NCBI GenBank assembly: GCA_963847445.1 | Contig: CAWJZV010000048.1 | Location: forward strand, 224,001-288,000 | From: an uncultured delta proteobacterium | GTDB lineage: Bacteria > Desulfobacterota > Binatia > UBA9968 | Direction: 5' to 3' | DNA: 64,000 nucleotides | Shown: in pieces, positions 19,083-29,237 of the stretch | How the letters are laid out: each line of letters opens with the position of its first letter | Position numbering within the stretch: position 1 is the stretch's first letter | The notes under the pieces: model-generated | Database searches by the model: none | What the model was told of the DNA's origin: nothing | The model's input: only the letters and a program-made list of their open reading frames with translations | Made by a program: the position numbers and the translations under genes

Positions 19083-20114
19083 ATGGTTTTGGTCCGCCAA
19101 CTCGACCGGCATGTCGCCGCCCGAACATTTGTCACCGCCGTTTTCACATTGCTGGCCGTCGCTTTGCCATTATTTTCCTGCCAGGCCGCGGCGGCGCCCA
19201 CTAAAATCGTCATCAGCTACGCGATCCTGAGCGAGCGCGAGGGCGTGCTCATGGTCGCCCGCGATCAGGGCTTTTTCGCCAGGCAGGGACTCGATGTCGA
19301 GTTGGTTTACATGCCGAGCGCGCCAATTTCCCTGGCAGCCATGGCCCGCGGCGACTCCCAGGTCAACACCGGTTCAGCCTCGGGGGCCATCCTCGGTGCC
19401 ATGGCCGGCGGACTGGATCTGGTTTTCGTCGCCGGGCTGGTCAATAAACTAACCGGCGTCATCGTCACCGGGCCGAGTATCAACAGCCCGGCCGATCTCA
19501 AGGGCAAGACCATCGGCGTGACCAGCATCGGCGGCGGCAACTGGGTGTTTACCATGCTCGCGCTCGAACATTGGAAGCTCGATGTCAAACGCGACAATAT
19601 AACCATCCGCGTCATCGGCAACGACTCGGTGCGCGCCCAGGCGATCACCAACGGCACCATCGACGCGACCCAGCTTTCCGCCTACTCGTTGGTGACGCCG
19701 TTGAAGCGCCAGGGGGCTCGGGTGCTGGCCGACCTGCCGGATCTGGGGGTGCCCTACCAGGGGGTGACGGTTTTTACCCGGCGCAGCTATCTCAATCAAA
19801 ACCCTGATACGGTGGAAAAACTGTTGACCGCGATCGTCGAAGCCATCGCCTTTATCCAGGACCCGGCGAATAAAGCCGCGGTGTTGCGCAGCTTGTCCAA
19901 AGGGCTGCGCCTGGCCAAACCCGAAGACAGCGCCGAGGGATACGAAAGCGTCAAGCCGCTGTTCGAACGGAAGATTTATCCGACGGTCGAGGGCGTGCGC
20001 AATACGATTCGACTGCTCGGCATGAGCAACGAAAAGATTCGCAATCTGCGGCCCGAAGAGATCATCGACGATCGCATCGTCCGGCGCTTGGAGCAGAAGG
20101 GGTTGTTTCGTTAG
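19083..20114 (+). CDS. ABC transporter substrate-binding protein, NMT1/SsuA-like
   Basis: Signal peptide; QGFFARQGLDVEL, DLKGKTIGVTSIGG, IIDDRIV. Confidence 0.88.
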   Translation: MVLVRQLDRHVAARTFVTAVFTLLAVALPLFSCQAAAAPTKIVISYAILSEREGVLMVARDQGFFARQGLDVELVYMPSAPISLAAMARGDSQVNTGSASGAILGAMAGGLDLVFVAGLVNKLTGVIVTGPSINSPADLKGKTIGVTSIGGGNWVFTMLALEHWKLDVKRDNITIRVIGNDSVRAQAITNGTIDATQLSAYSLVTPLKRQGARVLADLPDLGVPYQGVTVFTRRSYLNQNPDTVEKLLTAIVEAIAFIQDPANKAAVLRSLSKGLRLAKPEDSAEGYESVKPLFERKIYPTVEGVRNTIRLLGMSNEKIRNLRPEEIIDDRIVRRLEQKGLFR

Positions 20115-20188
20115 GTAGTCGCAGTCGCGACCGGTCAAATCGTTCAACCCGCTGGTTCTTCGTTCAAGTGGGCCGCGCTGCGACGGGG

Positions 20189-20305
20189 CAACGCTGAACA
20201 ACCGCGGCCGGTTTCAAACGTTCCACCGCTACGCTCAGTTCAAGTCGTTCCAATCGTTAGCAGATTTGGGAAACGGAAACTTACTTCGGGCTATCTGCTT
20301 CTATC
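20189..20305 (+). repeat. ~120-bp dispersed repeat, copy 2
   Basis: Direct repeat of 17403-17522. Confidence 0.85.
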
Positions 20306-20481
20306 CCATTGCGGCGCCGCGCTTTGACGCCAAAGACCAACCCGGTCATTGGTGAGCCTGTCGAACCATTGAACGGCTTGCCTTCGATAAGTCTCAGGCC
20401 CTGAGCATGCCGAAGGGAACGTTTTGAACTCTCTGAAGAATAAGCTGCCACGCATGCTAGGGCATTCATCGTCTCACAACT

Positions 20482-20796
20482 TCATTCGCTTTTAAGCCCA
20501 TCACGAAAGGCAATCGCTTCCAGTTCCACCCGGACAGCGTCCATGACGGGAACCACGGGGCGCGCCTCGAATTCAAAAGCAGGCAACATCGAGCAGAACT
20601 TGTGCACCGCCAAAGGATCGTCGCAATCCAGCATCATATATCCACCCCAGTCGCCCACTCGTACAACGAACAACTCGATCTTGAAATTGGCGGGCGCCTG
20701 CCATTGAGTGAATACCTCCAGGATCCGCTTCTGGGCATTTTCGTATTCTGCAGGCGAACCTTGCGGGCGTTCGGACCACGTGATCATGTATTTCAT
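20482..20796 (-). CDS. DUF3303-like small protein
   Basis: MKYMITWSERPQGS...GGYMMLDCDD...FEFEARPVV pattern; 104 aa. Confidence 0.7.
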   Translation of the reverse strand: MKYMITWSERPQGSPAEYENAQKRILEVFTQWQAPANFKIELFVVRVGDWGGYMMLDCDDPLAVHKFCSMLPAFEFEARPVVPVMDAVRVELEAIAFRDGLKSE

Positions 20797-20925
20797 GAAT
20801 TTATCTTGCCTTTCTTGTTCGACTAACTTCGTTTCTGTTGGTGTGACCGTCTCACCGCAGGTCCGAACTGGCGGAAATATCGCCAGCCAAACCGACGCGG
20901 CAAAATCCAAAAACCGGCTCGTGGT

Positions 20926-21375
20926 CTAACTATCTGGAATTTTCGCCTCGACAAGTTTCGCCAGAAGAGTGAGCGATTCCTGCCAGCCGAGATAGCAAGC
21001 CTCGGCAGGAATGACATCGGGCACCCCTTCTTGCACGATGTTCAACTCAGTCCCGACCGATACCTTCTTCAAGGTTACCGTCACCTGAAGTTCCCCTGGC
21101 AGGTTCGGGTCGTCAAATTTGTCCGTGTAGCGAATGCGTTCGTGCGGCACCAGTTCGAGATACGTGCCGCCGAAGGAGTGGCTATGTCCGGTGGTGAAAT
21201 TCGTGAACGACATCTTGTGGGTGCCGCCGACCTTGGCGTCCAAGTGGTGAACCTTGCCGGTGAATCCGTTTGGCGGAAGCCATTTGGCCATCGCGTCGGC
21301 GTCGAGGAACGCCCGATAGATTCTCTCAGGCGTCGCACGGAGCACGCGGTGAAGGCGGATGGTGTTTGTCGACAT
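20926..21375 (-). CDS. SRPBCC / AHSA1-like START domain protein
   Basis: MSTNTIRLHRVLRATPERIYRAFLD, KWLPP, GWQESLTLL; AAGGA RBS. Confidence 0.9.
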   Translation of the reverse strand: MSTNTIRLHRVLRATPERIYRAFLDADAMAKWLPPNGFTGKVHHLDAKVGGTHKMSFTNFTTGHSHSFGGTYLELVPHERIRYTDKFDDPNLPGELQVTVTLKKVSVGTELNIVQEGVPDVIPAEACYLGWQESLTLLAKLVEAKIPDS

Positions 21376-21441
21376 GATTTCATTTCCTTTCGATGGGTGG
21401 TGTTGTATGCAGTGATAAATTTTTTGCAGTGGCCGATCGCC

Positions 21442-21498
21442 GCCTAACGTTGAGTTCGGTGACTGCCGAAGGCAGTCTGCTGGCACGAAAGGTTGCGG
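21442..21498 (-). other. Degenerate integron attC-like site (57 bp)
   Basis: Minus strand: CCGCAAC-CTTTC-GTGCCAGC-AGACTGCCTTCGGCAGTC-ACCGAAC-TCAAC-GTTAGGC; canonical R' GTTRRRY, attC-like box spacing and central hairpin. Confidence 0.5.
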
Positions 21499-21549
21499 TG
21501 ACGTATTTCCTGCTGTGATCTTGATTGTGAACGTTGTGAACACAGAATG

Positions 21550-21945
21550 CTAGACATCGGTTTTGCCAAATCGAGGAATGCCTTGATTCTGGCCGGGAGG
21601 ATCGAGGACTGTTTCGTCCAACGCGAGCGGCTCTCCGATCCATTGCGCTAGACTGGTGTGGTCAGCGACATCATCTTGCGTGAGCGGGTGGACAAGAACG
21701 GTTAGCCCACTGGAAGAAAGCAACGGGATAACTACCTTCAATGCCGCGGCCAAGAAGTGCACTTCAAACTGCGGCTTGGGGTGTGGCCCAACACTCTGGT
21801 CGCGCATTGCACCAACGAAGAGCAAGCTGGTTAGAACTCCGCTGGCTCGCATCGCGTCGAGCTGTTGATGAAGCCGCTCAGCAACGGCTCGGCTGCGTGG
21901 CTCATAATACACATGGGCGTGGTATGGTGCGCTGGGTTCGTTCAC
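21550..21945 (-). CDS. DOPA 4,5-dioxygenase family protein
   Basis: YHAHVYY, VGPHP, VLVHP, DHT..AQWIG motifs; probable GTG start at 21945. Confidence 0.88.
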   Translation of the reverse strand: MNEPSAPYHAHVYYEPRSRAVAERLHQQLDAMRASGVLTSLLFVGAMRDQSVGPHPKPQFEVHFLAAALKVVIPLLSSSGLTVLVHPLTQDDVADHTSLAQWIGEPLALDETVLDPPGQNQGIPRFGKTDV

Positions 21946-22324
21946 GGCGTACTCATTCCGGCGAGTTGTTGGCAATGCATCGCGTTCTCACTCCGGCAGT
22001 TGCGGCCACGTTGGCCTCCTATCCCGCTCGGGCCGCAGCCTATTTCGGCTACCAGGCCACAGTCAAGTTGGTTTACGGTTTGGGTGAGAGGCGCAGTCCA
22101 GACGTTAGTAACGCCGGATCGAACCAAAGCAACCTCTTGATTTGACAATCCAAGGTGAGCCTGTCGAGCCACTTGAACGTTTTGAACTCTCTGAGGACTA
22201 CGTTGGTGCGCGAACCAGAAATGAGGCTCTGACACAAAAACACAATCGCTGGGAAGAAAGCGTCGATGATGCTAGGACATAGCTGGGTGCGACCGGTGAA
22301 CTCATTGCGTTTTGATTTCTGAAT

Positions 22325-23137
22325 ATGGCGAATCGAGTCTTTCTCATCGCGCTTGGCCGCGCCTTCGGCGGAGCGCTCATTTTCACCTTGCCCATGCTCA
22401 TGACGATGGAGATGTGGTGGCTTGGCTTCTCCATGCCACCTTGGAAACTCGCTCTCTTACTGTTGGCCACCCTACCGCTCTTGATCGGGCTCTCTCATTA
22501 CATGGGCTTTGAGGACACGTTCGGGTTCAAAGACGATGCCCTGGACTCCTTTGTGGCGCTGGCGGTGGGATTCATTGCCGCGGCCGTGAGCCTGGCGCTT
22601 TTTTCGGTGATTGACAGCGAAATGTCGATGCAAGAGATCATCGGGAAAATATCGATTCAGGCGGTGCCGGGCAGCATCGGTGCGATGTTTGCGCAAAGCG
22701 AATTTGGCGGGGACGAGAAACAGCAGCGGGAAAAACAGCGCCACGCCGGCTATTTCGGAGAAATTTTTATCATGGCGGCAGGAGCGCTCTTCCTCGCTTT
22801 CAACCTTGCTCCGACGGATGAGATCATGTTGATCGGCCATCAAATGAGCCCCTGGCACTCGATCGCGCTGGTCGTGGTCTCTCTCCTCGTCATGCATGCA
22901 TTTGTCTATTCGGTCGAGTTCCTGGGAAGCGCGCCGGTCCCGGAGGGAGCCTCGCGGCGCGGCATCTTCGTGCGCTATACGGTCGTGGGCTATGCTATTG
23001 TATTGCTGATGAGCGCCTACATGCTTTGGACCTTTGGTCGAACCGACGGCTTGCCGATCGGTCAAGTGATATCGCCTTTGATCGTGCTCGGCTTTCCATC
23101 GGCCGTCGGCGCGGCAGCCGCAAGGCTAATTCTTTAA
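22325..23137 (+). CDS. TIGR02587-family integral membrane protein
   Basis: RAFGGALIFTLPMLMTMEMWWLG, AVPGSIGA, FNLAPTDE, GAAAARLIL. Confidence 0.85.
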   Translation: MANRVFLIALGRAFGGALIFTLPMLMTMEMWWLGFSMPPWKLALLLLATLPLLIGLSHYMGFEDTFGFKDDALDSFVALAVGFIAAAVSLALFSVIDSEMSMQEIIGKISIQAVPGSIGAMFAQSEFGGDEKQQREKQRHAGYFGEIFIMAAGALFLAFNLAPTDEIMLIGHQMSPWHSIALVVVSLLVMHAFVYSVEFLGSAPVPEGASRRGIFVRYTVVGYAIVLLMSAYMLWTFGRTDGLPIGQVISPLIVLGFPSAVGAAAARLIL

Positions 23138-23147
23138 CTGCACCGCC

Positions 23148-23631
23148 ATGGCGACGCGCGCTAAGAAACCAGATCAAAAACGGCGCCACAGCGACAACGA
23201 AGGCGCGCTGCCGGGCAGTTCACGCTCCGGTTTTTCCGGCAATACGCAAGAGTCTCAAGCCATTCCTGCTTTGGAATGGATCATGGGGGGCATAGGCTTT
23301 TTGATCATTGCCTGCGTGCTCGGGTTCCTGCTGTATACGGGGATCAACGAAGACCATCCGGTGCCCGACGTGAAAATTGTCGGTGGATTCAGTGCTGCGA
23401 ATTCGCAACGGTTATCTAGTTCGTGTGACTGCGACGAACGAGGGCGGCTTGACTGCAGGGGGAGTGATCGTCGAAGGCGAGCTGCGCAAGGGCGCGGAGC
23501 CGGTAGAGCGCAGCGAAGCGGTGATCGAGTTTCTTCCGCCGCGCTCAAAGAAGCGCGCTGGTCTCTTCTTTAGCAGGGATCCAAACCAATTCGAGCTCAA
23601 GCTGCGCCCGCTCGGATATGAGGAACAGTAG
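23148..23631 (+). CDS. TIGR02588-family protein (frameshift near 23378)
   Basis: IPALEWIMGGIG TM, then ATNEGGLTA, VEGEL, IEFLP, GLFFSRDP, LGYEE; usual partner of TIGR02587. Confidence 0.8.
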
Positions 23632-23758
23632 TTTTTGGAACAGGCGAGAATTCGATCAACCGCTTTGCTCGTTCAACATGTTGCAGAGCGTCGCAAACTT
23701 GATTATGTGAAATGGCAAAACCAAACGACTCGCAAAACAGCATCTGGAGGAAGTAACA

Positions 23759-24817
23759 ATGAAAAAAACCTGCATCCCGGTGGTTACTCTAAGTATTTTC
23801 TTGGGGCTGATATTTCTTTGGCCTGCCGTTGGTCCGGCGCAGACGCCTTTCTATGACGGCAAGACATTGACGGTCGTGCTCAGCACCGATCCCGCGGGAA
23901 CTTCGTCGGTTCGCCTCAGACCCTTGATTCCCTATTTGCGCAAACACATTCCCGGCAATCCAACCATCGTGGTCGATTATATGGAGGGCGGCGGCGGTCG
24001 TAAGGGGGCAAACCATGTTTTTAGAAGCGCTCGCCCTGACGGTTTGACCGTCGGCGCCTTGAGCGGTTCGGTGATCGCGCTGAGCATTATGGGCGAGAGC
24101 GGCGTCATGTACGATATCAACAAGTTCATCTATCTCGGCGCCACTGAAGGCGTCGCTCATCAAGTGTTTTATACGAGGAAAGAACTTGGTCTGGACAGCC
24201 TGGATAAGCTGCGGGCGGCGAGCGGGATCAGGTTGGGCGCCCAGTCCGTGGGCCATTCCGGATACGTCGCCGGTCGGGTGTTTGCCTACTTGATGGGATT
24301 GAAAGAGCCGAAATTTGCCACCGGCTATACCGGTCCCGAACTCGACGTGGCGCTGCTCCGCGGCGAGATCGATGCCCGGTCGAATCTGGCGACTTCGATT
24401 TTGATGCGCAACTCGGACTGGCTGGACAAGGGGACGATGAATTTTCACTCCATCGTGGAAATTCCCAAAGGATCGAAGCATCCCCGCTTCGCCAAACTCG
24501 CCGAGCTCGAGAGCTTCGCAAAATCCGATACCGACCGAAAGCTCGTTACCGTATTCCGCTCCTTTCGAAATGCCGGGGCGCCGTTCGTTGTGCCCCCCGG
24601 GACGCCCAAAGACCGGGTAGAGATACTGCGGGAGGCGATGCGGCGGGCATTTAAAGATCCCGAATTTCTCGCCGACTACAAGAAAATTATCCGGGAGGAT
24701 TTCGAACCGGTGATGCCGGAAGAGGTCGATCAGGCGATTCGCGAGATCCCGCGCGACCCCGAGATCAACGAATTGGTCAAGAAACTCTCCGGGCCGGGTC
24801 CGATGCCTTTGCGATAA
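23759..24817 (+). CDS. Tripartite tricarboxylate transporter (TctC/Bug-like) substrate-binding protein
   Basis: Signal peptide; FYDGKT, KHIPGNPTIVV, RPDGLT, RGEID, PPGTPKDRV, FKDPEF. Confidence 0.87.
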   Translation: MKKTCIPVVTLSIFLGLIFLWPAVGPAQTPFYDGKTLTVVLSTDPAGTSSVRLRPLIPYLRKHIPGNPTIVVDYMEGGGGRKGANHVFRSARPDGLTVGALSGSVIALSIMGESGVMYDINKFIYLGATEGVAHQVFYTRKELGLDSLDKLRAASGIRLGAQSVGHSGYVAGRVFAYLMGLKEPKFATGYTGPELDVALLRGEIDARSNLATSILMRNSDWLDKGTMNFHSIVEIPKGSKHPRFAKLAELESFAKSDTDRKLVTVFRSFRNAGAPFVVPPGTPKDRVEILREAMRRAFKDPEFLADYKKIIREDFEPVMPEEVDQAIREIPRDPEINELVKKLSGPGPMPLR

Positions 24818-24994
24818 CGGACAGGCACGTTTTGACTAACTGCACACCGGCGGCTGGTTTGCCTACTTCGTTCGGCGTGACGCAGCCACATGGCGTCGTT
24901 GATTGGATGAGGCAGAGGCGCCAGCCGTCGGTTACCGCGCGAATTAACAAAGACTGAACACCACTGCGATGGTTTCGCAGATCATCACGAGTAG

Positions 24995-26553
24995 TTAGGC
25001 AGCCGGCGCGGACAGTTCCACCAGCGCCTTTGGCAGACCGTCAACGATATCCGACGCAATCAGTCCGATCGGCCCCTTGGCTTCAGCGGCGCGGTCACCG
25101 ACATAGCCGTGTAAAAAAACGCCGAGCTTCATCGCATCCTCGGCGGACATCCCCTGCCCCAGGAGTGCGGCGATGATTCCCGCCAGGACATCGCCCATGC
25201 CGCCGCTGGCCATGCCGGGATTTCCAGTTGGATTAACGAATACCTTGCCGTCCGCCGTGGCGATCACCGTCCGCGCGCCCTTCAGCACCACATGACAGCG
25301 GTGCGCGGTGGCGAAACCGCGCGCGACCTCGATGCGGTCGGCATTGACGTCAGAGGTGCTCTTGCCGATCAGCCGAGCCATCTCGCCCGGATGGGGCGTG
25401 AGGATCGGCGCCGTCTGAGCGCGGCGCAGGCGGTCCAAGTCAAGCGCCAGATTATTCAAACCGTCCGCATCGATGACCCACGGCATAGCTACATTGCGCA
25501 ACAGCCAGCGGGTCGCCGATTGGGTCGCGTCGCTGACACCGATGCCGGGGCCAAAAAGCAAAACTGTTTTTGCGCTCGATCAAACGCCGCCAATCGGCGT
25601 CGCTCAGCATTTCCAACTGCTCGCACGTTTCATCGCCCAATGGCTCGGTCATCACTTCGACCAGCGCGCCGGCGAAGATCCCATTCAACGCGCGCGGCGC
25701 GGCGAGGGTCACCAGACCTGCGCCAGTGCGCATCGCCGCGCGGCAAGCCAAGATCGCCGCGCCGGTCTTCCCTCTCGCCCCGGCGACCACCAGCAGATGG
25801 CCGTAGGTGCCCTTATGCGTGTCCGATTGGCGCCGCGGCACCAACCAACGAACGGTTTCTCGATCGAGCAGGTCGATTTGCGGCGCGACTTCGGCCAGCG
25901 CGCGGCTATCGATGCCGATGTCGGCAACGACCAACTCGCCGACGTGAGTTAAACCCGGATGAATCACCTCGCCGAGTTTCGCATAACCCAGGGCCACCGT
26001 CATCTCGGCTTGAATCGCCACGCCCAACGGCTGTCCGGTGTCGCTGTCCATGCCGGAGGGAATATCGACGGCGACAGTGGGCAGGCCGGATGCGTTCATC
26101 AGTGTGATCGCTTCGCCGAACAGACCGGCGACGGCGTTCTTCAAGCCGGTGCCGAGAATCGCGTCGACCAAAAGGCCGTGCCTGGCGAAACTTTGACCTG
26201 AGCAACTCCAGCCCGCTGCCGTCGATTTCTGTAACCTTGCCTTTGAGTTTGCTCCAGGCGCGCAGATTATGCGCCGCGTCGGCCGTAAGCTCCTCGCGCC
26301 GCGCCAGTAACGCGACCTCGCAGGGGATGCGCTTTTTTTTCAACAGCCGGGCGACGACAAAACCATCGCCGCCATTGTTGCCCTTGCCGGCAACGATCAA
26401 CACGCCTTTCTTGGCGGCTCGCGCGAAACGCTCGAGGATCGCCGCCGCGATACCCGCGCCGGCACGCTCCATCAGCGTCAAGCTCGGCGTCGCATACTTC
26501 TCGATCGTCAAGCGATCCAGCTCGCGCATCTGTGCGGCGGTGACAACAATCAT
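24995..26553 (-). CDS. nnr: Bifunctional NAD(P)H-hydrate epimerase/dehydratase (two frameshifts)
   Basis: GKGNNGGDG, DAILGTG, VDIPSG, HKGTYG, DADGLN, TPHPGEM, GGMGDVLAG across three frames. Confidence 0.93.
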
Positions 26554-26644
26554 GGTTTCAATTTTCGGAGTTAAGACTCGTTTGGGATTCCGGTCCGAGC
26601 CCTTGAACTTTTGAACCCTTGAACCTTGAACGAAATACTTCGGA

Positions 26645-27371
26645 TCACGAGCCGCGAGCGCGGCGCAGCAGCGTCTTCATTTCGCGCACGGCTTGTTGCA
26701 TGCCGACCAGCACCGCCCGGGCGATGATGCTGTGGCCGATGTTGAGCTCGACGATTTCTGGAATAGCCGCTATCGGCAGGACATTGTCATAATCGAGGCC
26801 ATGGCCGCCATGGACTTCGAGGCCCAGCCGCTTGGCGAGTTGCGCGCCGGCGATAATCTTGCGCAGTTCCCTTTGGCGCTTTGCCCCATTGGCATTGCAG
26901 TAGCTGCCGGTATGAATCTCGATGCCATGGGCGCCGGTGTCCCTGGCGCATTCGATCTGCTCTTGGTCTGGGTCGATGAACAGCGACACCTCGACACCGC
27001 GCGATTGCAAACGAGTTACCGCGTCCTTGATCTTACGTTTATGTGCGACAACATTGAGCCCGCCTTCGGTGGTCAGCTCCTGGCGTTTCTCCGGCACGAA
27101 GCAAGCGTTTTGCGGCCGAAGTTTCCCGGCGAAGCGCACCATCGCCGCCGTCACCGCCATCTCCAGATTGACTTTGGTTTTGCCTCGTTCCATCAAGCGC
27201 CGCACGTCATGCTCCTGGATATGGCGGCGGTCTTCGCGCAGGTGCACGGTAATGCCGTTGGCGCCGGCCTTCTCGGCGAGCAGCGCTGCCGCCACCGGAT
27301 CGGGGAGCTTCGGCTAGCCGCGCCTGGCGCACCGTGGCGACATGATCGACGTTGACGCCCAAGCGGATCAT
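26645..27371 (-). CDS. pdxJ: Pyridoxine 5'-phosphate synthase (frameshift near 27310)
   Basis: MIRLGVNVDHVATVRQAR, ITVHLREDRRHI, NLEM, IEIHTG, GHGLDY, NIGHSI. Confidence 0.95.
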
Positions 27372-27429
27372 GGATTATGACTCTTCATCTGCTTGTGTCG
27401 ATTGAGTCAGAAATTGGAACGGATTCATT

Positions 27430-27728
27430 CACCACGAAGGCACGAGGGACACGAAGGGTTCGGATAATTTCAACTCCGAACTTCGTGATCTTCGTACTAC
27501 CATACCTCGAAATGTACGCGGCTTGCGCAAATTTTGCGGTGCCAGAATACTGAACATGGGATCGACTACTCGCAAAGGCGCCAAGCTCGCCAAGTTCGGA
27601 GGGAAGAGATGCAATATCTTGAAGAATTTATTCACCGTTATTTTCCGACCTTTGCGGACCTTTGCGTCTTTGCGAGAGATATTCCGAGTTTCGGTTGCGG
27701 CTTCGCCGCACTATGTCCTTCGTGATGA
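27430..27728. repeat. Nested palindromic repeat cluster
   Basis: Outer CACCACGAAG.../...CTTCGTGATG arms interrupted by an inner element carrying CTCGCAAAGGCGCCAAG.../...CTTTGCGTCTTTGCGAG arms. Confidence 0.7.
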
Positions 27729-27764
27729 AAACTCTTTTCGCGACCAGCACTGACTCGTCTCGTT

Positions 27765-29213
27765 TTACCTGCCCACTTCGGCGCGAATCTCATCGGCGAT
27801 GCTCTGGGCCATGGCGCGGATCCTTTTTTCGTCCTCGCCTTCCAACATCACCCGGGCCAACAGCTCGGTGCCCGAGTAGCGCACCAGCACCCGGCCGCGC
27901 CCGGCCAGGCTGCGCTCGATCTCGCCGATCTGCTGCTGCACCTTGGCCATGTGCTCGAAATCTCTCTTTTCCTTGACCTTAATGTTGAGCAGTACCTGCG
28001 GCAGCCGCTTCATGACGGTCTTCAACTCGCTCAACCGTTTACGCTTTTCGACCATCAGAGCGAGCATCTGCAAAGAAGTAATGGCGCCGTCACCGGTGCT
28101 GTTATGGTCGAGATAAAGGATATGGCCGGATTGTTCGCCGCCGAGATTAAAGTTACCGGCGAGCATTTTTTCGACCACGTATCGATCGCCCACTTGAGCG
28201 CGCACGACTTCGAGGCCGGCCTTGTGCATCGCCAGCTCAAGGCCCAAGTTGCTCATCACGGTGGCGACCACGCCGTTGCCTTTAAGAGTGCCCTTCTCTT
28301 TCATGTCGAGGGCCGAGATCGCCAGCACCTGGTCGCCGTCGAGAATCTCGCCGGTGTCATCGACGAACACGGCGCGGTCGGCGTCGCCGTCCAAGGCGAC
28401 GGCGAAGTCGGCGCCCTCGTGCAGCAACATTTCGCGCGCGGTTTCGGGATAGAGCGCGCCACAGCGCCGGTTGATGTTCTCGCCGTCGGGCTGGACGCCG
28501 ATGGCTAAGACTTCGGCGCCCAATTCAGTCAACACTTCCGGCACGACTTTGTAAGCGGCGCCGTGGCCGCAGTCGACGACGATCTTCAACCCTTCCAAGG
28601 TCAGATGGCGCGGATAACTGTTCTTGAGAAAAACATTGTAACGGCCGACGGCGTCCTGAATACGCGAAGCTTTGCCGATCTCGGCGGCGGTCGGCCGGGA
28701 CTCTTCGGTCTCGCCGCTAAAAATCATTTCCTCCATGCGCGCTTCGACTTCGTCGGGAAGTTTAAAACCGTCCCAGGAAAAAAACTTGATGCCGTTGTCT
28801 TGATAGGGGTTATGCGAGGCCGAGATCACCACGCCGGCATCGGCGCGCATGCTGCGGGTGAGAAATGCCACCCCCGGCGTCGGCAACGGACCGACCAGCA
28901 ACACGTCGGCGCCCATGGAAACGATCCCCGAGGCCAGCGCGGTCTCGAGCATGTAGCCCGAGAGCCGGGTATCCTTGCCGATGAGAATCTTGAAGCGATG
29001 CTTGTCGGTCTCGCCGTTGCGGCGGGCGAACGCCGGCGACGGCATGCGGCCGGGCAGATCTCGCTCCGATTCAGATAAAACCTTGGCGATGGCGCGGCCG
29101 AGCTTGAGCGCCATCTCCGAGGTCATGGGCTCTTGATTGGCGACGCCGCGCACGCCGTCGGTGCCGAACAGTTGGCGCGTCAATTTTTTCTTATTTCGTG
29201 GCGGTTGATTCAT
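27765..29213 (-). CDS. glmM: Phosphoglucosamine mutase
   Basis: [42 protein letters not shown]. Confidence 0.97.
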   Translation of the reverse strand: MNQPPRNKKKLTRQLFGTDGVRGVANQEPMTSEMALKLGRAIAKVLSESERDLPGRMPSPAFARRNGETDKHRFKILIGKDTRLSGYMLETALASGIVSMGADVLLVGPLPTPGVAFLTRSMRADAGVVISASHNPYQDNGIKFFSWDGFKLPDEVEARMEEMIFSGETEESRPTAAEIGKASRIQDAVGRYNVFLKNSYPRHLTLEGLKIVVDCGHGAAYKVVPEVLTELGAEVLAIGVQPDGENINRRCGALYPETAREMLLHEGADFAVALDGDADRAVFVDDTGEILDGDQVLAISALDMKEKGTLKGNGVVATVMSNLGLELAMHKAGLEVVRAQVGDRYVVEKMLAGNFNLGGEQSGHILYLDHNSTGDGAITSLQMLALMVEKRKRLSELKTVMKRLPQVLLNIKVKEKRDFEHMAKVQQQIGEIERSLAGRGRVLVRYSGTELLARVMLEGEDEKRIRAMAQSIADEIRAEVGR

Positions 29214-29237
29214 CCTGGTTGACTCCTCGATTGCGAT

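Noticed and set aside
20820-20930. Second attC site after the SRPBCC gene
   Set aside because: GTTAG motifs are present but without a matching R'' box or palindrome.
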